Source of the DNA: Candidatus Poribacteria bacterium
GTDB taxonomy: Bacteria > Poribacteria > WGA-4E > WGA-3G
NCBI GenBank assembly: GCA_965215265.1
Contig: OZ244048.1
Location: forward strand, 1,856,001 to 1,920,000
Reading direction: 5' to 3'
DNA: 64,000 nt
Shown one piece after another: positions 41,632-50,915 of this stretch. Position numbers and translations under genes: made by a program. The number at the start of each line of letters is the position of its first letter. The stretch's first letter is position 1. The notes under the pieces are model-generated. The model was given only the letters and a program-made list of their open reading frames with translations. It was not told where the DNA came from and did not search any database.

Positions 41632-42366
41632 ATGCGTATTCTCTTTAGAATCACAATTGTCATTGTTGTGGCACTCCTTGGAGTGGCCATCTATACCACG
41701 CTTCGATCCCAAACGTTGATTCCAGCCGTCCCGCCATTGCAAGTTGAAAAATCCACACCGCTATTACAAGTTGAAAAATCCGCACCGTCTGAAAAATTGC
41801 CGACACCGTTAGACAGCGAACTCCCACGTGCGGAACAGCCCGCCGCAAGGTTCGAGGAGGTGTCAGACGAAGAACCGGTACCGGACACAACAGACCTCGC
41901 TCCCGATCCGGAAAACGCGGCATCGCCCCTCCCCGACTGGCGAACTGATGATGAAACGGCACAGCCCCAATCATCAGACCTGTGGCAGCAGGAAGACATG
42001 AGCATGAAATTTGTGGAGTGGGACGGATTGTCAGAAGACAAGCAGTTGAGTATTTTAGAGAAAGGGCTACTTCAGCAATACGGCGATACGCCGGCGGTCC
42101 GGAAGGTCATCGACTTTCAGAACAAACCGAAACATCTCCCTACACCAATTGATGATGCGATCGTCTTGGCCGAAGCGTTCCTTGAGTTGTGGCCAAGTGA
42201 AAAAGCGCGTCAAAATGTGATAGAGCTTAAAACGACTCAAAGCGGAGGGATTCGAAGGATTTCCGGGCGCACGACCGGCACCCTGAGAACATTGTCACGT
42301 ATTCGTTATCGGCGGGGTGCCCCTGGACGCGTTTCATCATTTTCCCTATCCTTGGAGATTCGGTAA
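41632..42366 (+). CDS. Membrane-anchored partner protein P2 (possible frameshift near 42230)
   Basis: TM, DWRTD motif shared with P1, QYGDTPAVRKV...LWPS; removing one A near 42230 gives the tail ELKRLKAEGFEGFPGARPAP* ending at 42286. Confidence 0.8.
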   Translation: MRILFRITIVIVVALLGVAIYTTLRSQTLIPAVPPLQVEKSTPLLQVEKSAPSEKLPTPLDSELPRAEQPAARFEEVSDEEPVPDTTDLAPDPENAASPLPDWRTDDETAQPQSSDLWQQEDMSMKFVEWDGLSEDKQLSILEKGLLQQYGDTPAVRKVIDFQNKPKHLPTPIDDAIVLAEAFLELWPSEKARQNVIELKTTQSGGIRRISGRTTGTLRTLSRIRYRRGAPGRVSSFSLSLEIR

Positions 42367-42604
42367 ATCCAGACGTGTGCCATGCCGTTGAGGACGGACA
42401 ACTGCTTCCAATTCTCCGTTGAGTGTCCCTGTCTGTGGACACGTCCGATTTGTGAGTCTCGGATATAGATGACTTCATATTGTGCATGAAGTATTATAGG
42501 CAGACTGACTGGATAAGCGTGTCCATCAAAATAGTGTTTATTGATTTGTGCGAAGGATACCGTATCTGTCTTTGTGCGCCAAGAAAAAATGAGGATATTT
42601 TTTG

Positions 42605-42633
42605 TTGACGCTTTTTCAGAAAAGTGTTATACT
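42605..42633 (+). promoter_or_regulatory. Sigma-70-type promoter upstream of cassette protein A3
   Basis: TTGACG-17 bp-TATACT with extended -10 TG; same layout as 41121. Confidence 0.7.
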
Positions 42634-42668
42634 TGACGAGGGTTAATCAAAGATAAGACAAGAGGAGC

Positions 42669-42934
42669 ATGAGGGACCTCTATCTTATCATCAATTTACC
42701 GAAAACCCTTAAACAAACGCGCATCCGAAACGCCTTGACTACACCCATACAACATATTGGTGTCATGAGAAATCGGGAGAGCTCCCGCGCTTTGTAAAAG
42801 TTGGAATTCCTCGAGGTCGCGTGCGGTGTGGCCTTGGGACGAGTGACGGTAATCACAAACCTCACTCTATCGAGAAAAATCAACATTCTTATGACAATGA
42901 GAGTTACACTGTCTCGAATTGTAGTAAATGCTAA
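42669..42934 (+). pseudogene. Degenerate secreted His/Cys-rich protein A3 (absent from the ORF track)
   Basis: AGGAG+ATG 42669; the frame from 42719 reads A|HPKRLDYTHTTYWCHEKSGE...GNHKPHSIEKNQHSYDNESYTVSNCSKC*, aligning with A2. Confidence 0.75.
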
Positions 42935-43006
42935 GCGTGTTTAATGTTACGTTGATGCAAGAGTGAAGAGACTCCTGCATCACTTGGCACTCAGAGGAGA
43001 ATTAAG

Positions 43007-43648
43007 ATGAGAAAATGGTTGATAGCATCTATAATCTTTGTCGCTTTTGCGGCTAGCGTTTTTATCTACACGCAGTGGGCGAACCGAAGATTTGCCGCCT
43101 CATTGCCAAAACTGCCACCTGTAGAACAACAATCTGTAGACACACATCCACACGATGCTTCACATCCGCATGAGGATCCCGTCCCTACAACACCCTCAAA
43201 CGCCAACGTGTTGGACACTCAAACGATTATCACAGAAAAATCAGTCTCCCCGGAAACGATTGCAGAGGAGAACGCGCAAGTGGCGACTGAGGAAGAAACC
43301 TTTTCTGTGGAAGAAAGCCCCCCGGCGCGGCTAACCGGTGATGAGCACGAGCATAAACCCACTAAGGACCCGTTTGCAAAGGAAATAAAACGGATTGATG
43401 ATATGGATGCAGATGAGTACAGAGAGATGATACTTGGCGGGCTACTTGAAAAATTCGGCGACATCCCCGAGGTTCACACATTTATGGAGTTTACCGTAAA
43501 AATAAGAAAGAAAGAGGAACTCAGCTTGGATGAACGCATTGAATTTACGAGCGCCCAGTACTATTTGTGGCCACACCCTGAAACCAAGAAAACGCTTGAG
43601 ATTTTCTTGAAGGAAAGAACCTCTGAAAACGTAAGGAGAACACAATGA
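43007..43648 (+). CDS. Membrane-anchored partner protein P3
   Basis: TM plus YTQWANRRFAASLPKLPP, HPHDASHPHE, EKFGDIPEVHTF...LDERI...LWP. Confidence 0.85.
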   Translation: MRKWLIASIIFVAFAASVFIYTQWANRRFAASLPKLPPVEQQSVDTHPHDASHPHEDPVPTTPSNANVLDTQTIITEKSVSPETIAEENAQVATEEETFSVEESPPARLTGDEHEHKPTKDPFAKEIKRIDDMDADEYREMILGGLLEKFGDIPEVHTFMEFTVKIRKKEELSLDERIEFTSAQYYLWPHPETKKTLEIFLKERTSENVRRTQ

Positions 43649-44145
43649 AATTTTTCAAGACGTTACTCGTTTTTTTTCTCTTTGTCACCGTGCTCTCGGG
43701 TTGCAGTGTGAGGCAGGGCAATGAACCTGACAAAAATGAACCGCTTCCAAACACAGCTGATGTCCGTGATAAACAAGCGGCTCCTAAAGCAGATTTTATC
43801 CCCGGGTTCCATCCGTTTAAGGATGACCCAGACAATCTGAGTCCGCACAATCCATTCGTCCGGAAGTTCGGGGATATCCCAGAAGTCCGCACCTATATCC
43901 GACTCAAGCGGAAACTGGGACTCGGACACGGACTGAACATTGATGAGGCAATAGAACTCTATACCGCAGAATACCACCTCTATCCCTCAGATACCACAAA
44001 AGCAAACTTAAAAAAGTGGAAAAAGGAAAAAGAACGATACATCAAACTGGGGATCGATATAGGTGGACCTGTACTCACTGACAGCAGATATCCGATCGTA
44101 GATGCGAGTGCTGAAGAGCAGGCAGACACGAAATCGGAGGATTAA
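43645..44145 (+). CDS. Lipoprotein carrying the GDIPEV domain (P4)
   Basis: Lipobox LSGC; RKFGDIPEVRTY...IDEAI...LYP; ATGA overlap with P3. Confidence 0.85.
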   Translation: MKFFKTLLVFFLFVTVLSGCSVRQGNEPDKNEPLPNTADVRDKQAAPKADFIPGFHPFKDDPDNLSPHNPFVRKFGDIPEVRTYIRLKRKLGLGHGLNIDEAIELYTAEYHLYPSDTTKANLKKWKKEKERYIKLGIDIGGPVLTDSRYPIVDASAEEQADTKSED

Positions 44146-44302
44146 TCTCCTTGAAAAGAAGGCATACGTCAAGTCTGAACTTTACCCATTGGGTCGTGCC
44201 ACGTTTCTTACCCATGGTAGCAATACTTTTGGAACACCGGGCGAGAAAAACGGGGATCAGGAAACATTCTGGAACAATGGCTAGCATTTAGAGGAAAAAA
44301 AG

Positions 44303-46080
44303 TTGGATGTGTCCGGAAAAAAAAGACTTGGAGAACGGGCAGCATCGCCGCCCGCTTATTAGGTTATCTCAAACCGTATTGGGGGTTAGCCCTGCTGTGT
44401 GTGTTCCTCTATGTCGGTTTCCGGGCCACCTACTTCGTCAACCCCTGGGTGGAAGGGCAACTTCTTGACCGCGTCTTTGGTGAAAAAGATGCCGACTTTC
44501 TACTCGTCCTGGTGGTTTTCTGGATGGGTATTGCGCTTGCCACTTATCTCCTAAATCTGGGTTTGTCGTCTTTTGTATCCAAGGTCACCGGTCAAACTCG
44601 CCGGGATATGCAACTGCAAGTCTACCAACATCTGCGCTTTTTGCCCAGCCGTTTTTACGACGACCACACAACGGGACAGATTATGGCTTACGTCAATTCC
44701 GATACAACGTCCGCTGCGGAAGGGATTTTGGCAAGCGGATGGATTCTCCTCGCAGGGGTTGAATTTGCCATGACTCTATTTGTTATGTTCTGGGTGAATC
44801 CCTGGTTGGGCCTTTTTAGTATTCCTTTTGCCTTTGCTGTGGTTTGCCTTCCGGTTCTTTTGCGAAGGCCTGTGCAAAACGCGTCAAAGCAGGTCTTGCA
44901 GGAAAGAGAAAAGATTTCATCACGGCTCCAAGAAGGAATCGCCGGGTCACGAGAGATTAAATCTCTCGGGCATGAGATGCGAGACATGGGGTTTATCCGC
45001 CGTTCAATAGATACCCTTGTCCGGGCAGAAGTCTATCAAACGATTATTGGGTGCCTAACAGGAGTTAGTATCTTTTCTTCTTGGTTTGGCAATGCCCTTT
45101 TCTTCCTCATCGGTGGGAAAATGGTGCTCGACGGGCACATCAGCGTCGGTTTTCTGTGGATGGCAAACCGGTATTTGAATCTGCTCACCTACCCCTTACA
45201 TCAAGTCCAAAATGAATATCAAAAACTCCTCCGAACCGGAGAAGCAGCAAAACGTGTGTTTGCTTTCCTCGACGAAAACCGAACCGAACCGAAAGATGGA
45301 CTTGTTTCTGTCACTTTACAAGGAAAGGTCCGGTTTGAAAACGTCTACTTCACCTACAATGAAAACGCGGAAGTCCTCCAGGACGTTAATTTTGAGGTGG
45401 TGCCAGGGCAACTGGTGGCACTCGTAGGTCCCAGCGGTGCAGGGAAAAGCACCCTCCTTAACCTCATTCCACGTTTCTACCAACCCACCCGAGGACAGAT
45501 TTATGTTGATGAGCACGATATCACGACACTCAACCTGAGTACCCTCCGCGCTCAGATTGGCACAGTGTTTCAAGACCCTTATCTCTTCTCTGGTTCGATT
45601 GAGGAAAATATCCGAATGGGGGCTCGGCATCCAGAGGCTGTGAAAACGGCGGACATTGTTGCTGCTGCCACGGCTGCAAACGCCCATGGATTTATCACGC
45701 AATTCAAAGACGGATACGCGACAGAGATAGGGGAGCGAGGCATCAAACTCTCCGGTGGCGAGCGGCAACGGATTGCTATTGCTCGTGTGCTGATGCGGGA
45801 TCCGAACATTCTCCTGCTAGATGAAGCCACTTCTGCGCTGGACTCAGAGACAGAGCAGGTTGTGACGGAGGCGTTGGAGCGGTTGATGCGAGGACGGACA
45901 TCGTTTGTTATCGCACATCGGTTGTCTACCGTGCTGAATGCGGATGTGATTCTGGCCGTGGAAGACGGCAACATTGTGGAACAAGGCACGCATCAGGAGC
46001 TGCTGAATCAAGGTGGACTCTATGCCCGGTTGTATCACTTACAATTTGCGGCACCTGCTGGCTACTCAAAAGAGCAATAA
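44303..46080 (+). CDS. ABC exporter, fused permease/ATPase (MsbA/Sav1866-like, no C39 peptidase)
   Basis: GPSGAGKS, LSGGERQR, LLLDEATSALD, IAHRLST; frame is open upstream of 44401 (RLLGYLKPYW), with a likely start at TTG 44303 and a slip in an A8 run. Confidence 0.88.
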
Positions 46081-46403
46081 CCGATTCATCGTTGTAAAGT
46101 CCTTCGGTGTCGAGTTATGAAATACTCAAAATCTCTTCAACTTTCAATCCCCGAACATGTGCGTTCGGTCCGTTTTGATGAAAAAGATGGACTTCCTTCG
46201 TCAGTAACCGTTTTAAATTACGAAACCGGAGAATTTTACGCTTTAGATAAAGTTGGTTTTGATTTTTGGTGTCTTGTTGAAAAAAAAAGCGTCTAGAAGA
46301 AATTGTCACTGCGTTAATCTCAACATACGACATTAGCGCAGACCAACTCTGGATAGATAATGATGGATAAAAAATTGAATCTTAAAGGCGTTGGAGACAC
46401 GAT

Positions 46404-46967
46404 ATGCGTTTTGATTGAAGGGGTATTCATTGGGCTCTCTGCAATCCGTGCAAACAAGATGCGCTCTTTGCTCACTCTGCTCGGGGTCATCATCGGTGTC
46501 GCCTCGGTGCTTTTGAGATGCGTTTAGCCATGGCGCAGTTGGAAAAAATCAGTCAAGTCATAAAGATTACACTCGGCAGCATTGCGGGCTTTTCGCTGCT
46601 TGTCGGCGGCATCGGCATTATGAATATGATGTTAGTCGCCGTGAGTGAAAGAACGCGCGAAATCGGACTCCGGAAAGCCCTCGGTGCAAAGCGCCTAGAC
46701 ATTCTGGTGCAGTTTCTCCTGGAAGCCGTTGTGATGTGTGGCGTAGGTGGCACGATTGGCGTTGCGGTGGGCATCCTTGCCGGCCAAGGCATGGCACGGC
46801 TTGCTGTCAAAATCGTCAAAATCGTCCCTGAATGGCCGGCAGTCCTCTCGACAGAATGGATGTTGATATCGGTCTCCTTTTCAGCACTCATCGGTATCGG
46901 CTTTGGGTTGTATCCTGCGATAAAAGCATCATCGCTCTCGCCGATGGATGCCTTACGCACAGATTAA
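46404..46967 (+). pseudogene. MacB/FtsX-like ABC permease with the periplasmic domain deleted
   Basis: N-terminal AIRANKMRSLLTLLGVIIGVASVL joined out of frame near 46514 to C-terminal LLVGGIGIMNMMLVAVSERTREIGLRKALGA. Confidence 0.85.
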
Positions 46968-47026
46968 CTCCTGATGATTTACCACCCCATGATACGACGA
47001 AAACACAAAATGATGAACGTGACGCT

Positions 47027-47707
47027 GGCGTGAAAACATCGTGCACCCTGAGAAGTTACCGGGGTGGTTATATAAAACCGCCCAGAATGCCGCGATTAAT
47101 AGACGAAAAGCTGCTCAGAGCAGAGCAGACCACCTGCCAGAAGGTGCCCGGTTCGTCTCTTTAGATGCACTGCCACATGCCGAGCAAGCGATAGGGTCAG
47201 CGTCTATTGACGCAGCGAGGCAGATGGTACAAAAGCAGGAAAGGCGCGAGCGATTGGCTCGACTCCTGCGCCTCCTTTCCGGTAGGGACCAGTCAATGAT
47301 GGACCTCTTTTTAGATGGGTTCAAGCCTATAGAGATAGCGGAAGCGTTAGGCTTAACGCCGGGTGCGACGCGAAAAAGACTGAAACCGGCGGAGGCGTGG
47401 TTAAGAAGCATCGCCCCGCAGTTGGAGGAGTTGCTCCGTTCTCTGCCTGCGGCAGAATTCAAAATAATGGAGCGGTATTTAGATGGGCAATCTCCGGCGG
47501 AGATTGCCAAACATGTAGCTTTTTCCGCTCAAGCGGTGAGTGATAAAGTGGCGCGTGTGATAAAACAGTGGAGAACATCCACGAGAGAACCCGCCACGGT
47601 TTCATTCTCCACAAAGGTTCGTCGCAGAATTAACAGGGGATAGAGATGTTAATGTATAGTGACTGCAAAACAGTATACGAAACTTGTTGTTTTTTTCATT
47701 GAATTTA
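47027..47707 (+). repeat. ~680 bp direct repeat, copy 2
   Basis: Near-identical to 38978-39658. Confidence 0.95.
47041..47643 (+). pseudogene. 5'-truncated copy of the ECF sigma factor
   Basis: Lacks the first ~57 codons (most of region 2) but has no internal stop. Confidence 0.85.
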
Positions 47708-47885
47708 AGGTAGGTAATGTGATAAGATAATTCACGTCTCCTGCAAGTAGTTTTTAGAACAACCTTAGCTAGGACAAGCAAAGCCAAGGCATGGACTTTG
47801 TCTATGCCTCTGCTTACACCTTCGATCCTTACCACCAATCTAGCCCCGCACGGCGGTGTGCCACACTAACAGAGAGGATAAACAA

Positions 47886-48395
47886 ATGCGCCTTTTTTAC
47901 CTGATTTGTATCGGCATTGTCCTTCTTAGCGGTATTGGAAGTCTATACTTGTATCTGGATACGAAACGGTTTTCTGAAAATCTTCAAAAAACCCCACACC
48001 GGTTAAAAGCGTTGACAGGCGCTCCTACAACGCTTCAGGAAAAAATTGAGCGTGCGGAAGCGAGCAACAAGTTGTTTCCGAATCCAACAACGCAAAGAAC
48101 TCTTACCCAACTCTATGCCGCTCGCTCTTACGAGATTGATAAAATCATGCCGTTTGTAGATACCCCGAAAGATGAACGTTTCGCAGATGTCATTCCGTTC
48201 TTTGAGGGAAAACGTCCGGAGGAAGGGTTCCGGGCCCTGAGAGCGGTCAGCCCGAATCGCGCTGCGGAGCTTGAACAGTTTCTGCTGCAGGAAAGCGAAA
48301 AAAAATCCTTCGTCCTAGTAGAGTTTGTCTCATTAAAGGTGAAAGACGATTGCCGGTCCGGTCCTTTTTCGTCACAGAATCTGAATGTTGTTTAG
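47886..48395 (+). CDS. Partner protein P5 (apparently internally deleted)
   Basis: TM plus YLYLDTKRFSENL, then directly LQEKIERAEASNKLFPNPTTQRTL; linker and GDIPEV are missing. Confidence 0.7.
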   Translation: MRLFYLICIGIVLLSGIGSLYLYLDTKRFSENLQKTPHRLKALTGAPTTLQEKIERAEASNKLFPNPTTQRTLTQLYAARSYEIDKIMPFVDTPKDERFADVIPFFEGKRPEEGFRALRAVSPNRAAELEQFLLQESEKKSFVLVEFVSLKVKDDCRSGPFSSQNLNVV

Positions 48396-48469
48396 ATATC
48401 CAACAAATTTAGCGTGAGGTGTACTCTCTTGCTGTGCACCTCACGTGCCGCCAGATAAAGGAGATAAAA

Positions 48470-49279
48470 ATGCGTTACTTGACACTCATTGTTGTTAGTT
48501 TTATTGTCTTAATAGCGGCTGGAAGTATCTACCTCTATATAGATACAAAACGGTTTATTGAGAATTCCGTGCAACCTCCAAGACAAGACACTACACCCCC
48601 TGAGGGCTCGCCTTCTCTTCAAAATCAACTTTCGGAGCACACCGTCCCCCCATTGGATACACCGTCAACTCCCCCAACGCAGAGGAAAAACGGGACTGAG
48701 CCAGTCGAATGGTGGGACGATGGGGCAGATGCAGAGCAGACTCACGCCCATGGAGATGCATCGAAACAGAATCAGACCTCTGACATCAAAGAGGAAGAAA
48801 GTGTTAATTGGCTGGACCTTACAACCCCGTATGAGCGAGCAGACGCTTTACGCGCCTCACTCCTCAGACAGTTTGGAGATGTCCCCGAGGTGGATGCTGT
48901 TGTAGAAGGATTTTTAAATGTATGGACGCAGACATCGATGGACACAGCTGAACGTCTCCGGTTCAATAGAGCCCTAAACACCTTCTGGCCAGCCGAAAGT
49001 ACACAAAAAGTGATTGAATATCTCGAAACAGGAAAACTCCCCACTCACACTCAACCGAGTGGGCCATTCCTGAATCTTCGACATCAATTCCCTGACTTCG
49101 AACCATTCGTGGCGGAGTATGGATTTGAAGCAGGGGTTCTCAGGTTTGCGGAGCAGAATCCAGAGAGAGCCCTTGAATTTAAACGGGCCCTCTGGCAAAC
49201 GCATGAAGTTCAAAGCCGGCTTGAAGAAATGTCTGAGGAGGCCAGAAGGTTTTTCAAGGAAATCACATCACAAGAGTAA
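48470..49279 (+). CDS. Membrane-anchored partner protein P6
   Basis: AAGGAG RBS; TM plus YLYIDTKRFIEN, HAHGD, RQFGDVPEV...FWP. Confidence 0.85.
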   Translation: MRYLTLIVVSFIVLIAAGSIYLYIDTKRFIENSVQPPRQDTTPPEGSPSLQNQLSEHTVPPLDTPSTPPTQRKNGTEPVEWWDDGADAEQTHAHGDASKQNQTSDIKEEESVNWLDLTTPYERADALRASLLRQFGDVPEVDAVVEGFLNVWTQTSMDTAERLRFNRALNTFWPAESTQKVIEYLETGKLPTHTQPSGPFLNLRHQFPDFEPFVAEYGFEAGVLRFAEQNPERALEFKRALWQTHEVQSRLEEMSEEARRFFKEITSQE

Positions 49280-49297
49280 ACAATGAGACAACATTTC

Positions 49298-49410
49298 ACT
49301 CCGTCTCTGCCTGAGGCAGAATTCAAGATAATGGAGTGGTATTTGGATGGACAATCTCCTGATGAGATTGCCAAACATGTTGCTCTTTCCCCTCAACGGG
49401 TGTGATAAGC
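49298..49410 (+). pseudogene. Third, diverged fragment of the ECF sigma gene (second HTH)
   Basis: TCTCTGCCTGAGGCAGAATTCAAGATAATGGAGTGGTATTTGGATGGACAATCTCC...GAGATTGCCAAACATGT aligns to ~39391-39498. Confidence 0.85.
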
Positions 49411-49450
49411 AAGTTGCGAGATAGGTTATCTTTTTCTCGCAACCCACTAG

Positions 49451-49630
49451 GTGGAGAAAAATAGATATGCTGGTTCTGAATGTTCAAGCGTAATATGGTT
49501 GTATACAGTCTGGTCCTATGAGGAAACACGAACTTACACAGATGGCGAGGGACACTGCGGGGCCGTGCATGTGATCGTTGCAGCTACCCCATGTGGCCTC
49601 TGCGACTCTTGTGAAGGATCTTCTTCTTAG
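49451..49630 (+). pseudogene. C-terminal remnant of a Cys-rich cassette protein (A4)
   Basis: Reads ...ECSSVIWLYTVWSYEETRTYTDGEGHCGAVHVIVAATPCGLCDSCEGSSS*, the same CxxC plus Ser tail as A2; an R2 repeat sits where the 5' end should be. Confidence 0.6.
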
Positions 49631-49762
49631 TCCCTAGCGCGAGCAGGGTGGGGATCCGCGGGAGATTGAGGAACTTGTTTTGAAAGCAATTCGTGATGAT
49701 GATAAAGAGGAGGAGAAGGAGTCCGTTGAGGAGGAAGGTGATATTTAGAGTCAATACATCGA

Positions 49763-49830
49763 ACGGCTCAGACGAGATTTACACACGAGTTATCATTACA
49801 TAGGCGTTGATGGTACGGAGATATACGAAT
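49763..49830 (+). repeat. Dispersed repeat family R1 copy
   Basis: GGCTCAGACGAGATTTACACACGAG...CGTTGATGGTACGGAGATATAC. Confidence 0.85.
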
Positions 49831-50031
49831 ATTTGACGAAAAATGCTATTTTTGATTCATAACCTAGCACTGCTTTGGCGAGATTTGTAAAGATTTTAGA
49901 AAAACATAGAGCGTTGATGTGCTACAGTATACAAAAAGGCGTTTTTCCTCATGAAACTTGACTGCGTTCCTGAGACACACTGCAATTGTCCGATGGATGT
50001 CTCAGGGATGCATAAACAAAGGAAAATTCTA

Positions 50032-50694
50032 ATGAAAAAAGTGATTTTCACTGCGATACTCTCACTCGTTTTGGGCACGGCTTGGATGCTCTACTTGGAG
50101 TCTGATAATAGGCGGTTTATAGAGCAGCTTCCGAAACTACCTGCCAATGTTACACGACCCGTTGACACCGCCGATGCCCCTGTAACGCCAGAAAGCGGCG
50201 AAACCATTACCACAGCCACCTCTCCCTTAGAACCCGCGTCTGACACCCAAGTTGCGGACAGGTTCACAGAGCGAGTCCCTGTCCAGCCGGAGACATACAC
50301 GGACGGAACCTCACAAACAGAGACGACAGATTTTCTGTCTGAAGAGAACATGTCTGAAACAGTTTTTGAAGATGTTGCTGAGCGTTCCACGCGTCTTTCA
50401 GCGAAAGAGTTTCTTATGAAAGAGTTGGGACTCTCTGAGGCAGAAATAGATGCCAAGAAAGAAGCGTATAAGGATCTAAACAGACTGTTTTGGGCGAAAC
50501 CCGAAAATTGGGCAAGCGGCCGGCCGGGTGAGGTAGGTTTTCGATTCGAAGTCTGGACGAAAGAAGATCATGAAGTGATTCGGCGAGCACTTGGTTCTCC
50601 GCCCTTGCCCCCTGCACTGCCCGAGCAAACGCCAGCTGTGAAGATGCGTGAACCCCAGTTACCTGCACACGAAGTTTTCCCTGAAGACGATTGA
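50032..50694 (+). CDS. Membrane-anchored partner-like protein P7 (same N-terminus, different C-terminal domain)
   Basis: TM plus YLESDNRRFIEQLPKLP as in P1/P3; no GDIPEV motif. Confidence 0.8.
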   Translation: MKKVIFTAILSLVLGTAWMLYLESDNRRFIEQLPKLPANVTRPVDTADAPVTPESGETITTATSPLEPASDTQVADRFTERVPVQPETYTDGTSQTETTDFLSEENMSETVFEDVAERSTRLSAKEFLMKELGLSEAEIDAKKEAYKDLNRLFWAKPENWASGRPGEVGFRFEVWTKEDHEVIRRALGSPPLPPALPEQTPAVKMREPQLPAHEVFPEDD

Positions 50695-50915
50695 TGACGG
50701 TATTCAAGAGCTTGCTGCGGTGTGATGTCAGTCATGCCGCGGAGATTCTCGTCGTTTTAGGTTCATTTCTGCTTGTGTGTGTGCCACGCGTAATCTCTTT
50801 AGATGCACATGGGTCTAGTGGTGAAGCAAAGTGGTTACTCCGGAGCGCGCAGTTCATGTCTACTGTCAAGCAGGTGAGTTCTCTGAAACCCTCATCATAC
50901 ATCACCCTGGTGTGA
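50691..50915 (+). pseudogene. Probable degenerate cassette protein A5
   Basis: Hydrophobic signal ending SLDA|HGSSGE; alternate frame VHVYCQAGEF; followed by a hairpin at 50930-50972. Confidence 0.5.

Noticed and set aside
46115-46333. 72-aa minus-strand ORF inside the island
   Set aside because: AT-rich, no RBS or motif recognised; cannot support it as a gene.
38978-47707. Long repeat pair as DGR template and variable repeats
   Set aside because: No reverse transcriptase in the window, and the differences are not adenine-specific.
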